From assembly GCA_040752415.1 (NCBI GenBank), contig JBFMGU010000012.1, positions 12,783-76,782 of the forward strand: 64,000 nucleotides of DNA. The letters run 5' to 3'. Position 1 is the first letter of the stretch, and every line of letters begins with the position of its first letter. Below the pieces are notes generated by a model, which had not been told where the DNA came from, ran no database searches, and saw nothing but the letters and a program-made list of their open reading frames with translations. Source of the DNA: Myxococcota bacterium (GTDB lineage Bacteria > Myxococcota > JACRCW01). A program made the position numbers and the translations under genes. Shown here piece after piece: positions 19,159 to 28,723 of the stretch.

Positions 19159-19532
19159 ATGCCGCGCGTCGTTACGTCGTCACGCAGAGCCAGACCGCGT
19201 CACGGGAGCGCTTGCTGGTGATGCTGCTGCACGCCGCGCAACGCAACCTGCGCGCCGCGGCCACCGCGCTGGAGTCCGGTCCCCACGGCGTGGCGGCGCC
19301 CGCGCTGGAGAGGTCCTCCGCCATCATCCAGGAGCTGCTCTCCACGCTGGATCACCGCACCGCCCCCGAGCTGAGCGCGGGCTTGGCGGCGGTGTATGAG
19401 TTCATCCTGCAACGCATCACGCTGGCCATGGCCAGTCGCAACGTGTGCTACGTGCACGAGGCGGAGCGCGCCTTCAATCCCATTGCCGCGGGTTTTGAAG
19501 AGGCGGTGGAGAAGCTGGGGAGCGCGGGATGA
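19155..19532 (+). CDS. fliS: Flagellin chaperone FliS
   Basis: Y......TAS.ERLLVML; IIQEL..TLD; L.AVYEF. Confidence 0.88.
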   Translation: MNAARRYVVTQSQTASRERLLVMLLHAAQRNLRAAATALESGPHGVAAPALERSSAIIQELLSTLDHRTAPELSAGLAAVYEFILQRITLAMASRNVCYVHEAERAFNPIAAGFEEAVEKLGSAG

Positions 19533-19777
19533 GCGCCTGGCACGACGAGATGGCGGCCGGCCTCCGCCAGGTGCGCGCCCACCTGGAGCACGGCGAGGCC
19601 GAGGCCGCGGCGGCAATCATTGCACGCTTGACCGCGCTGTGCGCCACCGGACCTCGGCGGGGCAGTGGCGAGCTGGTGGCGCTGGCGGCGCAGTGCCTCT
19701 CCGACGCCACCGTCCACCACGACGCGCTGGCGCAGGAGATGGCGCGCTCCCGCAAGGTGGGACGTTACCGGCGCTGA
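19529..19777 (+). CDS. Small helical protein, possibly FliT-like
   Basis: 82 aa; overlaps the fliS stop (ATGA); C-terminal VGRY; occupies the fliT position. Confidence 0.5.
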   Translation: MSAWHDEMAAGLRQVRAHLEHGEAEAAAAIIARLTALCATGPRRGSGELVALAAQCLSDATVHHDALAQEMARSRKVGRYRR

Positions 19778-19787
19778 GGCGGGGCGC

Positions 19788-19816
19788 CTCAGGATTCCCG
19801 GGATGCGTGCCGATGT
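19788..19816 (+). promoter_or_regulatory. Sigma28-like promoter of the HDOD gene
   Basis: CTCAGG-N13-GTGCCGATGT. Confidence 0.65.
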
Positions 19817-19840
19817 CGCCCCTCGTGGAGGATCGGCCAA

Positions 19841-20962
19841 ATGGAGCGGTTGGCAGCAGTGCCCGGGGATGGACCGCTGACGCGTCTCTGGCGGCGCCTG
19901 CTGGGACGGGAGGCCGCCACGCGCCCAGCTCCGCGAGCACGTCCCGTCTCCGTGCTGGTGGCCCGGTCGCACAAGGAGAGCGTGGTCCCCGCGGATTCCG
20001 GGTCGGACCGGCCCGCGCTCCTCAGCGCCGACTGGTTGGCCACGGTGAAACCGCAGACGCCGCCGCTGGAGCCGTGGGAAGAGGCGCAGCTGGACCCGGT
20101 GTACGCGCTGGTGGTGGAGCGTTTCCCCGACGCCGTCCGCGCCCTGCCGCCGCTCTCGCCGCTGGCGGCGCAATGCGCGGGCCTGATCCAGAACCCCAAC
20201 ACTTCCGTGCAGGAGGTGGTGCGCTTCGTGAGTCGCGACCCGCTGGTGGCCGCGCAGGTGCTCCGGCTGGCCAACAGCGCGCACTACTCCCGTGGCGAGA
20301 CCGTGGTGGGCGTGCGCGACGCGGTGGTGCGCCTGGGTTTCCGGGAGGTCTACTCGCTGGTGATGGCGCTCTCCTGCGTGGGTGCCGCGTCTGGCGACGG
20401 AAGTGGCCCGGTGGAGCACGCCAACATCCGCGGCAACCTGTGGCGGCATGCCCTGACCAGCGCGTTTGCCGCGGGACAGCTCAGCATGGTCATCCGACGA
20501 GGAGACCTGGACGTGGTCTTCCTGGGCGGCCTGTTGCACGACGTGGGCAAGGTGGTGGGGCTGCGCATCCTGGCCCAGCTGGCGCAGGAGGAGGCGCTCC
20601 CGGTTCCGCTGGGCATGGCGTTCACCTTGCGCATGCTGGAGGCCGTCCACGTGCGGGTGGGCGCGGACCTGTTGGCCCACTGGCGCCTGCCGCCGGAGAT
20701 CCAGCGCGTGTGCGTGGACCATCACCGTCGGGAAGACGTGAATGGCGCGGAGCACGCCAGCACCCACGTGGTCCGCGTGGTCTCCGGCGCGCATGAGCTG
20801 CTGACCAGCGCGTACTGCTCGGAGCGGGTCCCCCAGGAGGTGCTGCAGAGCGCGTTGGCGCTGGACATGGACGACGCCCAGCTGCGCCTGGTGGCCAACC
20901 ACGTCCAGGAGGCCGGGCTGAAGGCGGAGCTGGTGCTGGGCTCGTCGGGCCGTGTCTCCTGA
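19841..20962 (+). CDS. HDOD domain protein
   Basis: LPPLS, DPLVAAQVLRLANSA, AVVRLG, LWRHA, GLLHDVGK, W.LP. Confidence 0.9.
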   Translation: MERLAAVPGDGPLTRLWRRLLGREAATRPAPRARPVSVLVARSHKESVVPADSGSDRPALLSADWLATVKPQTPPLEPWEEAQLDPVYALVVERFPDAVRALPPLSPLAAQCAGLIQNPNTSVQEVVRFVSRDPLVAAQVLRLANSAHYSRGETVVGVRDAVVRLGFREVYSLVMALSCVGAASGDGSGPVEHANIRGNLWRHALTSAFAAGQLSMVIRRGDLDVVFLGGLLHDVGKVVGLRILAQLAQEEALPVPLGMAFTLRMLEAVHVRVGADLLAHWRLPPEIQRVCVDHHRREDVNGAEHASTHVVRVVSGAHELLTSAYCSERVPQEVLQSALALDMDDAQLRLVANHVQEAGLKAELVLGSSGRVS

Positions 20963-20986
20963 GCGTGCTCGTCGGGCGATCCGCCC

Positions 20987-21015
20987 CTCAAGACTCCGCC
21001 ACCCGGTGACGATGT
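20987..21015 (+). promoter_or_regulatory. Sigma28-like promoter of the PAS histidine kinase operon
   Basis: CTCAAG-N13-GTGACGATGT. Confidence 0.65.
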
Positions 21016-21083
21016 GCAGGTGTGGAGGAAGCCGCGCGCTTCCCGGGCCGCCCGACCCATGCGGCCCCGCGCGGGGGTGAGGC

Positions 21084-22730
21084 ATGGCTGACGGCACACG
21101 CGCCACCGGAGATGCGGCACCGCGGAGCAGGGCGCAGGGCGTCCCCGTGCGTCGCCCCGGTCCCACCACGCGCGAGACGCTCACCCTGCTGGCCGACGCC
21201 GCGGACGGCCTTGCGTTCACCGCGGACTCCGCCATGCGCTTCACCGGGATGTACGGTGCGTGGCTGACGCGGCACGGGGTTGTCGTCGAGGACGTGGTGG
21301 GCCGCTCCCTGGGAGAGCTGGTCTCCCCCGCGGACCGCGGGGCCACCGAGGCGGAGTGGCGTCGGGCGCTGGAGGGGGAGCGGCGCACCTACCTGTGGTC
21401 GGACCCGGCGCGCTTCGAGGGGCGCACGTTCCGCGTGGTGGTCAGCCCGCTGCATGACGACGAGGGATGCATCACCGGCATCATGGGCGTGGTGCAGGAC
21501 GTCACCGACGCACGCACGGCGAGAGCGGAGTGGGAACAGTTCTTCTCCCTCTCCGCCGATCTCCTGTGCGTCCTCCACGTCCAGGACTGGACCTTTGAGC
21601 GTGTGAACTCCGCGTGGGGCCCGGCGCTGGGGCTGGAGCCGCAGGTGCTCCTGGGCCGCTCGTTGCAGGAGCGCGTGCATCCCAAGGACTGCGACGCCGC
21701 CGCGCGGGCGCTGCGTTCCCTGCTCCAGGGCGAGAGCCGGTCCTCCTTCGAGACGCGCTTCCAGGACGGCGACGGTGAATACCGCTGGCTGGTGTGGAGC
21801 TGCACCGCGCCCGTTCCCGGCACCGCGCACGTGCTGGCCATGGCCCGCGACGTCACCCAGGAACGGCGCGCCGAGCTGGAGCACCGTCAGGCGCAGAAGC
21901 TGGAGGCCGTGGGACGCCTGGCCGCGGGCATTGCACACGAGATCAACACACCCGTGCAGTTCATTGGCGACAGCGTCCACTTCCTGCGCGGCGCCGCCGA
22001 CGAGTTGCTGGGCTTGCTGGAGCACTACGACGCGCTGCACGCCGCGGCCATCACCGGTCGGATCCCGGAAGAGCTCCTGGCGGCCATCCCCCGCGCGCGG
22101 GAAGACGCCGACGTGGACTACCTGCGTGAGCACATTCCACAGGCCATCAACCGCGCGCTCGACGGCGTGGGCCGCGTGGCCTCCATTGTGCGCGCCATGA
22201 AGGACTTCGCGCATCCCGACCAGCGCGAGAAGACCCTGGCCGACCTCAACAAGGCGCTGCAGAGCACGCTCACCGTGGCGCGCAACGAGCTGAAGTACGT
22301 GGCCGAGGTGTCCGTGGACCTGGGTGAGCTGCCGCTGGTGTATTGCCACATTGGAGACCTCAACCAGGTCTTCCTCAACCTGCTGGTCAATGCCGCGCAT
22401 GCCATCTCCGACGTGGTGAAGGGCACCGACGACAAGGGCCTCATCCGCGTGCGCACCATGGTGGAGGGAAGCTCCGTGGTCATTGCCATCAGCGACACCG
22501 GCGCGGGCATCCCGGAGGCGGTCCGCTCACGCATCTTCGAGCCGTTCTTCACCACCAAGGAGGTGGGTCGCGGGACGGGGCAGGGACTGGCCATTGCCCG
22601 CAGCATCGTGGTGGAGCGGCACAAGGGCTCCCTCACGTTCGACACCGAGCTGGGCGTGGGCACCACGTTCTACATCCGCCTGCCGGTGGAAGGCGCGCCC
22701 GAGAATGTCGCCAGTGCGGGGGAATCATGA
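21084..22730 (+). CDS. PAS-PAS sensor histidine kinase (cytoplasmic)
   Basis: Two PAS/PAC segments; H-box AAGIAHEINTP; NQVFLNLLVNA; DTGAG; FFTTKEVGRGTGQGL. Confidence 0.92.
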   Translation: MADGTRATGDAAPRSRAQGVPVRRPGPTTRETLTLLADAADGLAFTADSAMRFTGMYGAWLTRHGVVVEDVVGRSLGELVSPADRGATEAEWRRALEGERRTYLWSDPARFEGRTFRVVVSPLHDDEGCITGIMGVVQDVTDARTARAEWEQFFSLSADLLCVLHVQDWTFERVNSAWGPALGLEPQVLLGRSLQERVHPKDCDAAARALRSLLQGESRSSFETRFQDGDGEYRWLVWSCTAPVPGTAHVLAMARDVTQERRAELEHRQAQKLEAVGRLAAGIAHEINTPVQFIGDSVHFLRGAADELLGLLEHYDALHAAAITGRIPEELLAAIPRAREDADVDYLREHIPQAINRALDGVGRVASIVRAMKDFAHPDQREKTLADLNKALQSTLTVARNELKYVAEVSVDLGELPLVYCHIGDLNQVFLNLLVNAAHAISDVVKGTDDKGLIRVRTMVEGSSVVIAISDTGAGIPEAVRSRIFEPFFTTKEVGRGTGQGLAIARSIVVERHKGSLTFDTELGVGTTFYIRLPVEGAPENVASAGES

Positions 22731-23953
22731 ACATGCCAGCAGCGGTGGTGAAGAAGCGCATCCTGTTTGTCGACGACGAGCCCATGATCCTGGCGGGCCT
22801 GCAGAACACGCTGCGCCCGTTGCGGCGGGAGTGGGACACGGTCTTTGTGGACAGCGGCGCCGCCGCGCTGGACCAGCTGGCCGCCGCGCCGTTTGACGTC
22901 ATCGTCTCGGACATGCGCATGCCCCGGATGGACGGCGCCACGCTGTTGCAGCAGGTGCACCAACGCCATCCCCAGGTGGTCCGCATTGTGCTCTCCGGCT
23001 ACACGGAGATGGAGGCGGCGCTGCGCGCGGTGCCCATTGCCCACCAGTTCCTCACCAAGCCGTGCGAGCCCACGCTCCTGCGCAGCGTCATCGAGCGCGC
23101 GTGCAGCCTGCAGAAGCTGATGGGGGACGTGGCGGTGCGCGACATCGTGGGGAGCGTGCGGTCCCTGCCCTCGACACCGCGCGTGTACCTGGCGCTCACC
23201 CGCGCGCTGGAGAATCCCAACACCAGCGTGAGGGAGCTGGCAGGAATCGTGGAGACGGACGTGGCCATGAGCGCCAAGATCCTGCAGCTGGTCAACAGCG
23301 CGTTCTTCGGCCTGGCGCGACGCTTCACCAGCATCCAGGAGGCGGTGGCCTACCTGGGCACCAACATGATGAAGAGCCTGACGCTCTCCGTGGAGACGTT
23401 CCAGAGCTTCCCGGAGCTGCGCGTCAAGGGCTTTGACCCCGACGGGCTGCAGCGCCACTCCGTGCTCACCGCGCGCATCGCGCGGCAGATGTTCAAGGAC
23501 AAGCGCCAGGCGGAGGACGCCTTCACCGCGGCCATGCTGCATGACGTGGGAAAGCTCATTGCCGTCACGCACTACCCGGAGAGGTTCTGCAAGGCGTTGG
23601 ATGCGGCGCGCGAGCAGGCGCGTCCGCTGGTGGACGTGGAGTACGAGACCGCGGGTGCCTCCCACGCGGAGGCGGGTGCCTACCTGCTGGGCATCTGGGG
23701 CCTGCCCTATCCCGTGGTGGAAGCGGTGGCGCACCACCACCACCCGCAAGCGGTTCCGCATACCGGCTTCGATCTCGTCGACGCGGTGTATGTGGCCGAC
23801 GTGCTGGCCGAGGAGGCCGCGGGAGGCGGGCCCCCTGAGACCGCGTGCAACGGTCATCCCCTGGACGAGGTGCACCTCGCGCGCCTGGGGATGCTGAACC
23901 AGCTCTCCGCGTGGCGCGAGTTGGCCGCGCGCGCCGCGCAGAAGGAGGCGTGA
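22727..23953 (+). CDS. Response regulator, REC-HDOD
   Basis: ILFVDDEP, SDMRMP, LTKP; HDOD motifs AKILQLVNSAFF, AMLHDVGK, WGLP. Confidence 0.9.
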   Translation: MNMPAAVVKKRILFVDDEPMILAGLQNTLRPLRREWDTVFVDSGAAALDQLAAAPFDVIVSDMRMPRMDGATLLQQVHQRHPQVVRIVLSGYTEMEAALRAVPIAHQFLTKPCEPTLLRSVIERACSLQKLMGDVAVRDIVGSVRSLPSTPRVYLALTRALENPNTSVRELAGIVETDVAMSAKILQLVNSAFFGLARRFTSIQEAVAYLGTNMMKSLTLSVETFQSFPELRVKGFDPDGLQRHSVLTARIARQMFKDKRQAEDAFTAAMLHDVGKLIAVTHYPERFCKALDAAREQARPLVDVEYETAGASHAEAGAYLLGIWGLPYPVVEAVAHHHHPQAVPHTGFDLVDAVYVADVLAEEAAGGGPPETACNGHPLDEVHLARLGMLNQLSAWRELAARAAQKEA

Positions 23954-25131
23954 TGGCCACCGCCGTGATGACGTCCGTACCCGCCCCCAAGCCGCGGATC
24001 CTGCTGGTCGACGACGAGCCCAACGTGCTGGACGCGCTCAAGCTCAACCTGCGCCGCGAGTTCGACGTGGCCACGGCCACCAGCGGCGCCGCCGCGCTGG
24101 ACCGCGTGCAGGCGGGTGAGCAGTTTGTTGTCGCGGTGTCCGACATGCGCATGCCGGGAATGGACGGCGCCACCTTGGTCACGCGGTTGCGCCAGGTTGC
24201 CCCGGACACCGTGCGCATGATGCTGAGCGGACAGTCCGACCTCAACGCCGCCATTGCCGCCGTGAATGAAGGACAGATCTTCCGCTTCCTCACCAAGCCG
24301 TGTGCGCCGGACGTGTTGCTCCAGACGCTGCGCACCGCCGTGGAGCAGCACCGGCTCATCACCGCGGAGCGCGTGCTGCTGGAGGACACGCTGCGCGGCG
24401 CCATCAAGGCGCTCACCGACGTGTTGGGGCTCACCAGTCCGGCGGCGTTTGGACGTGGCACCCGCGCGCGCCAGCTGGTGGCGGAGCTGTGCGGCGTGTT
24501 GAAACTGGCGGAAGCCTGGCAGATCGAGGTGGCGGCCATGCTCTCCCAGGTGGGTTGCGTGACGCTGCCGTCGGAGACGGTGGACCGCCTCTACCTGGGT
24601 CAGCCGCTCAACAACGAGGAGCGGGCCATGGTGGCGCGGTTGCCCGCCGTGGCGGAGCAGCTCATTGGCAGCATCCCGCGGTTGGAGAAGGTGCGGGAGA
24701 TGCTGCGCCACATGGACCGTCCCTACGACGCGGGCGACGCCACCGGCGCCACGCTCCGGCGGGAGAACCTGCCCCTCGGCTCCCGCATGCTGAAGGTGGT
24801 GTTGGACTATGACGTGCTGCGCGCGCAGGGCTGCAAGCCGCCGGAGTGCGTGGACATCATGCTCGGGCGACGCGGCCAGTATGACCCCGCCATCCTGGAC
24901 GGCCTCACGCGCCTGGTGGGCGCCACCGGTGCGCATGAGCACGTGCGGGAGCTGGGACTGGGGGAGCTGGGCCCGGGCATGGTGCTGGCGGAGGACGTCA
25001 AGACCCTCGACGGTCGACTGCTGATTGCCCGCGGCTACCAGGTGACGCCCAACCTGCTGGAGCGCATCCGGAACATTGGCCCCACCGTCGGCGTGCGACA
25101 GCCCATTCGCGTGGTGGTGCCCGCGCGCTGA
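23953..25131 (+). CDS. Response regulator, REC plus degenerate HD-GYP-like domain
   Basis: REC motifs DDEP, SDMRMP, KP; RpfG-like PLGSRMLKV..DYD and YDP, but the HD is replaced (AMLSQVG). Confidence 0.8.
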   Translation: MATAVMTSVPAPKPRILLVDDEPNVLDALKLNLRREFDVATATSGAAALDRVQAGEQFVVAVSDMRMPGMDGATLVTRLRQVAPDTVRMMLSGQSDLNAAIAAVNEGQIFRFLTKPCAPDVLLQTLRTAVEQHRLITAERVLLEDTLRGAIKALTDVLGLTSPAAFGRGTRARQLVAELCGVLKLAEAWQIEVAAMLSQVGCVTLPSETVDRLYLGQPLNNEERAMVARLPAVAEQLIGSIPRLEKVREMLRHMDRPYDAGDATGATLRRENLPLGSRMLKVVLDYDVLRAQGCKPPECVDIMLGRRGQYDPAILDGLTRLVGATGAHEHVRELGLGELGPGMVLAEDVKTLDGRLLIARGYQVTPNLLERIRNIGPTVGVRQPIRVVVPAR

Positions 25132-25137
25132 CCGGCA

Positions 25138-26541
25138 TCACGCCGCGGCGTCCTGCTCCTGTGGCGCGCCGGCAATGGGCAGGTGCAGGTGGAAGGAGGT
25201 TCCGCGGCCCACCTCGGTCTCCAGCGTGATCTTCCCGTGGTGACGGTCCACCACCCGTCGCACCAACGTGAGACCCTGGCCGGTGCCGCGCCCCACTTCC
25301 TTCGTCGTGAAGAACGGGTCGAAGATGCGGTCGCGGATCTGCGCGGGGATGCCGCAGCCGGTGTCGGAGATGGAGATGATCACCGTGTCCCCGGCCACGC
25401 GGGTGGCCACGCGGATGACCCCGCGCTGGTCTGGGCCGGGATGCGCGTCCTGGATGGCGTGCGCGGCGTTGACAATGAGGTTGAGGAATGCCTGGTTCAG
25501 GTCGCCCACGTGACAGAGCACCGGCGGCAGCTCACCCAGCTCCATCCGCACGTCGGCAACCTCCTTGTACTCGTTGCGCGCGATGGTGACCGTGGTGGTG
25601 AGCGCCTTGTTGAGGTCGGCGGGCTGCATCTCGCGGGAGTCGGGATGGGCGAACTCCTTCATGGCGCGCACAATGGTGGCCACGCGCGAGGTGCCGTCGA
25701 AGATGCGGTCAAACGCGCGTGGAATCTCCGTCAGCAGGTACTGCAGGTCCGCCGTGTCCTCCGCCTGCGTCACCCACTGCCCCACCTCCTCGGCGGAGAT
25801 GCCCGCGCGGAGGCGCGCCAGGCCCTCGCGGTAGGCGTCCAGGACGGTGCGGATGTCGTCGAACGCGGTGCGGAGGAAGTGCGCGGTGTCGCCCACGTAT
25901 TGCACCGGCGTGTTGATCTCGTGGGCAATTCCCGCGGCAAGCTGGCCCACCGCTTCCAGCTTCTGGCTCAGCCTCAGGTCCGCCTCGATGCGCGCCTGCT
26001 CCGCCATGCTCCGCTGCAGCTTCTGGTGGGTCTCCTCCAGCGAGTTGAACAGCCGCATGTTCTCCAGCGCCAGGCGCGCAAATCCGGCAAACACCGACAT
26101 CTGCTCGACGTCACCGCGGGAGAACGGCGGGAGCCCGGCGTCGCGGTTGGCGGAGAGGACGCCCAGCACCACCTCGTCGCGCAGCACCGGGAACACCACG
26201 GAGGAGCCGCCCCGGCGACGGCGCGTCAGGCCTTCCAGCCACTCGTCATCGTCACGGGTGCCGGTGATGAGGGCCGGTTTCCGTCGCTGCGCCACCCGGA
26301 CCGCCACGCCGTCCGAGATGATGACCCGGTTGGGAGCGCCCCCCTCCTCGGTCTGGACGCTGGTGAACGCCACGTAGAGCTGGCCTTGCGGGTTGGGCAG
26401 GATGAGGGAGGCCGTGCTGGCGCCCAGCACCGTCTGGACCGCCTGGACCATGCGCGGGAGCAGCTCGTCCTGACGGATGGTCTCGAAGATCATCCGCACG
26501 CCGTCATAGAACGCTCCCTGCGGGCTTGCTGCGGATTCCAC
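25138..26541 (-). CDS. GAF sensor histidine kinase
   Basis: N-terminal GAF (VVFPV....VLGVL, ALENMRL); AAGIAHEINTP; HATPase boxes; paralogous to 21084-22730. Confidence 0.9.
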   Translation of the reverse strand: MESAASPQGAFYDGVRMIFETIRQDELLPRMVQAVQTVLGASTASLILPNPQGQLYVAFTSVQTEEGGAPNRVIISDGVAVRVAQRRKPALITGTRDDDEWLEGLTRRRRGGSSVVFPVLRDEVVLGVLSANRDAGLPPFSRGDVEQMSVFAGFARLALENMRLFNSLEETHQKLQRSMAEQARIEADLRLSQKLEAVGQLAAGIAHEINTPVQYVGDTAHFLRTAFDDIRTVLDAYREGLARLRAGISAEEVGQWVTQAEDTADLQYLLTEIPRAFDRIFDGTSRVATIVRAMKEFAHPDSREMQPADLNKALTTTVTIARNEYKEVADVRMELGELPPVLCHVGDLNQAFLNLIVNAAHAIQDAHPGPDQRGVIRVATRVAGDTVIISISDTGCGIPAQIRDRIFDPFFTTKEVGRGTGQGLTLVRRVVDRHHGKITLETEVGRGTSFHLHLPIAGAPQEQDAAA

Positions 26542-26571
26542 GTCGGGGCTCCTCTCGTGTGTCTCCCGGTT

Positions 26572-26600
26572 TGAGCGTCACGGCGCCGGGGATTCTTGAG
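26572..26600 (-). promoter_or_regulatory. Sigma28-like promoter of the GAF kinase gene
   Basis: CTCAAG-N13-GTGACGCTCA on the minus strand. Confidence 0.55.
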
Positions 26601-26788
26601 CGGTTTCCTCTCGTCCAGGGCCCACGCCCGTTCCTCGTTTGGAGCGCACGTGGGGTGGTGACCGCTCACGGCAGTCAGTTCGTGGCGCACGCTGCGGCGG
26701 GAGCCTGGGCGCGTGCGGTCGCCACGCCGCTGCGCGGGGCCGGTGTGCGTCGTCGACCAGCGGAGGGGTGAGCAGTTGCGTCGCGTGG

Positions 26789-27907
26789 TCAGGGCATGGC
26801 GCCGGTGCCGTGCCAGTGGCTCACGCCGTTGGGCTCCTCACCCACCGGGATGGTCCGCACCACGCTGCGAGATTGCGTGTCCACCACGGAAACGCTGTTG
26901 TCATGGATGTTCGTCACGTAGGCCTTGGTCCCGTCGTCGCTGACCACCACGCCGTGCGCACCGCTGCCAACCTCGATGGTGGCCGCAACGGTGGCCTCCT
27001 CCACGTTGACCTCATAGAGGCGGTTGGAGGCCGGGCGGTCGAGCAGCAGTCCCTGGTCGCACACGTACAGCCGCGTGCTGTCCGGCGTGGGATAGAGCTG
27101 GATGGGCCCCTGCGACCCTGCCGGCAAGGCAATACGGGTCACCGCGCGCGTCGTGGTGTGGAGGCGCACCACCTCCAGGGTGTCGTAGAGCGAGACGAAC
27201 ACGTACCGCCCGTCCGGCGTGCACGCGGTCTGCACCGCCATGCCGCCCAGCGGCACTTCATCCACGGTGCCACCCGCGGGATCGACAATGGAGATGCTCT
27301 TGCCCGTGATGTTGGCAACGTAGAGGAGCCCGCCACATTCGCGCATCCCGTGGGGCTGTCGGTCCGCACCCAACTCGAAACGTCGCACCACCTGGCGCGT
27401 GCCCACGTCGACCTGCAGCACCTGGTTGGCTTCGTTGGCGGTGACGTACGCATGGCGGGATGCGGAGTCGATGATCACGTGGGCCACGTGCAGCTCGCGC
27501 CCCAGGTTGACCCGACCGACGACGGTGTCCGTGGTGGGGTCGATGATGATGGCCTGCTCGTCCATCTCCGCGGTGTGCCCATGCTGATCGGGCTCGGCGC
27601 GTGGTGGGGCCGTGACCCAGACAGAGCGGCCGTCCGGCGCGCCCTGCACGTTGTGGGGCGTGAACGCCACGCCGTTGTCCGTCAGGTCAATCACCGTCAG
27701 GACCGTTCCCGTGTGCTCGTCCAGGACGGAGATGGAGCCCTGCGCCTCATTGGCCACGTAGACCTTGGCCACATGGGTTGAACCGCCCGAGCTCGTGGAG
27801 CCGTTGCTGTTGTTTCCCGACGGGGAACCGCCGCCAAACCCTGCTCCCGCACCACAACCAGCAACCCATCCCAGGATTCCCATCGCCACCAGACCGCGTG
27901 CTTGCAT
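26789..27907 (-). CDS. YVTN/YncE-family beta-propeller lipoprotein
   Basis: Lipobox VAGC; YVAN, YVTA, YVTN repeats; recurring PH/AH motifs; RBS GAGGAG before MQARG. Confidence 0.85.
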   Translation of the reverse strand: MQARGLVAMGILGWVAGCGAGAGFGGGSPSGNNSNGSTSSGGSTHVAKVYVANEAQGSISVLDEHTGTVLTVIDLTDNGVAFTPHNVQGAPDGRSVWVTAPPRAEPDQHGHTAEMDEQAIIIDPTTDTVVGRVNLGRELHVAHVIIDSASRHAYVTANEANQVLQVDVGTRQVVRRFELGADRQPHGMRECGGLLYVANITGKSISIVDPAGGTVDEVPLGGMAVQTACTPDGRYVFVSLYDTLEVVRLHTTTRAVTRIALPAGSQGPIQLYPTPDSTRLYVCDQGLLLDRPASNRLYEVNVEEATVAATIEVGSGAHGVVVSDDGTKAYVTNIHDNSVSVVDTQSRSVVRTIPVGEEPNGVSHWHGTGAMP

Positions 27908-27934
27908 CTCCTCACTCCTTCCACGGCGCCACGC

Positions 27935-27950
27935 CGCGTTCCGCGCGCCA
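27935..27950 (-). promoter_or_regulatory. Possible sigma54 promoter of the YVTN gene
   Basis: TGGCGCGCGGAACGCG, GG-N10-GC with a weak -12. Confidence 0.4.
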
Positions 27951-28109
27951 CCTGCGAACCTCGGGCCAGAGGAGCCCCGGCACGAACGCAACGTGTGCAT
28001 CCGCACGCCGGGCCGCCCGCACCGTCGCGCGAGAAACCATCACGCAATCCGCGCGCGCCTTCGCGCAATGTCGTCGCGGTTTCTCGTGCACCCCGCGCCA
28101 CGACGGGTG

Positions 28110-28141
28110 GCGAGTATTCATCACTGTTGAGGACTATTCTC
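28110..28141. promoter_or_regulatory. Pair of GAGAATATTCTC-like palindromes (candidate activator binding sites)
   Basis: GCGAGTATTCAT (8/12) and AGGACTATTCTC (9/12). Confidence 0.5.
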
Positions 28142-28243
28142 CGCGCCATCTCCGGCGGGGCCATGCGCGCCACGGGGGCGTTTGCGGTGTGCCCCCAACC
28201 GTCGACGAGGCTTGCAGCAGTTCTCAGAAAGTGCCCAGGAGGC

Positions 28244-28596
28244 GCTGGGGTGAGGCGTTGGTGGCGCAAGAGGGAGTGCAGATTCGGCCCCCCCACCCCG
28301 CCGCCTCACTGCGTTCACCGTTTTCACGACGACGGCGGCGGGCCTCCCCCACGGCGTGGGGAGGCGTAGATGTGCCGCGCCGCTGTTATTGCTCTGCCCA
28401 TTGCGCGGCACGAGAACAATGAGGCCTTGTGCCGCGATTTGGCGGAATGAACGCACTGGTCGCGGCACATCTACGCCGCCCCACGCCGTGGGGGAGGTCC
28501 GCCGCCGTCGTCATGAAAGCGGTGAACGCAGTGAGGCGGCGGGGTGGGGGGGCCGAATCTGCACTCCCTCTTGCGCCACCAACGCCTCACCCCAGC
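28244..28596. repeat. Long inverted-repeat element, 136-bp arms, 81-bp loop
   Basis: 28244-28379 is the reverse complement of 28461-28596 with about 4 mismatches; nested stem CGCGGCACGAG/CTTGTGCCGCG in the loop. Confidence 0.92.
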
Positions 28597-28723
28597 TCAT
28601 CTCATGGGGCCAAGAGCGTCGCTTCAATGAGCCGCGCCAACCTGACCGGGGACCGCAGCAACGCATGGGACCCCGTTGTGCGCGGCCTTCCTGCCGGAAG
28701 TCGACGCAGCGCACACGCAGCGC

